A stretch of 64,000 nt of DNA from positions 1-64,000 of the forward strand of contig JAIXUD010000010.1 in assembly GCA_027483645.1 (NCBI GenBank), written 5' to 3'. This document shows, piece by piece, positions 63,568-64,000 of the stretch. The DNA is from Sphingobacteriales bacterium. GTDB lineage: Bacteria > Bacteroidota > Bacteroidia > Chitinophagales > CAIOSU01. A model generated the notes under the pieces. That model did no database searches. It was not told the DNA's origin and worked only from the letters and a program-made list of their open reading frames with translations. Numbering within the stretch: the stretch's first letter is position 1; each line of letters begins with the position of its first letter. The position numbers and the translations under genes are program-made.

Positions 63568-64000
63568 AGTATTTGATGCCCGAAGTGAAGCTGGTGCTTG
63601 GCTCTAAGTCGCCACGCAGGAAGTATATATTGGAGCAGGCCGGTTTTCGGTTTGAAGTGTTGACCAAAGAAGTGGAGGAGGTGTACCCGCCCGAAACCCC
63701 ATTGCGCGATGTACCAATCTACCTAGCCAAATTGAAGGCAGAAGCCATAGCCAATGAGGCACCTGCGGATGCAGTAGTGATTACCAGCGATACTATCGTA
63801 TTGCTCGATGGGGTAATCTACGGTAAGCCGGTTGACCGCGCCGATGCGGTGCGGATATTGCAAACACTATCGGGCAACATGCACGAGGTAATTACAGGCG
63901 TTTGTTTGGCTAAAGGTAACCGCACTCAAGCTTTCAGTGAAACCACGAAGGTCTATTTTGATGAACTTACTGATGAGGAGATTGATTGGTACGTGGATAA
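63564..64000 (+). CDS. maf: Maf-like nucleoside triphosphate pyrophosphatase (truncated by window end)
   Basis: LVLGSKSPRRKYIL N-terminal Maf signature; ATGA overlap with the upstream gene. Confidence 0.85.
   Translation, partial: MKYLMPEVKLVLGSKSPRRKYILEQAGFRFEVLTKEVEEVYPPETPLRDVPIYLAKLKAEAIANEAPADAVVITSDTIVLLDGVIYGKPVDRADAVRILQTLSGNMHEVITGVCLAKGNRTQAFSETTKVYFDELTDEEIDWYVD

Overview
This 64-kb window is a Bacteroidetes-type chromosome segment. Three things point to that phylum: the TTTG-type promoter boxes, the absence of Shine-Dalgarno sequences, and several proteins carrying a C-terminal type IX secretion (T9SS) sorting domain. The first 13 kb are core genes: tRNA-Thr, tuf, tRNA-Trp, secE, nusG, rplK, rplA, rplJ, rplL, rpoB, rpoC and a DUF3467 gene. 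The rest is a mosaic of housekeeping and accessory genes. These include two secreted T9SS nuclease/lamin-tail proteins, a TPR protein, a CrtI-like oxidoreductase and a CocE/NonD hydrolase. There is also a ParE/RelE-type toxin-antitoxin pair, a ChlI-like AAA ATPase, transporters, class II ribonucleotide reductase, a TonB-dependent receptor, galK-galT, fmt and maf. The most unusual region is at about 25.1-31.1 kb. A divergently oriented WYL-domain regulator sits next to an array of tRNAs and aberrant tRNA-like RNAs, followed by an SPFH protein and the RNA ligase RtcB. The aberrant tRNA-like RNAs include T-loop insertions, a 200-nt acceptor plus T-arm RNA and a permuted-looking Met-like gene. Three near-identical promoter/operator motifs (ACTGCGCA-N6-CTGCGCA-N11-ACTTTG) precede a small ORF, the 200-nt tRNA-like RNA and rtcB. 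This looks like an undescribed, co-regulated RNA-repair/tRNA-array locus. A second candidate system is an AT-rich two-gene island (36.0-37.7 kb) encoding a Panacea(DUF4065)-DUF488 fusion translationally coupled to an unknown protein, flanked by paralogous Cys/Lys-rich small-peptide genes. At least three dispersed short repeat families and several MITE-like palindromic elements are also present.
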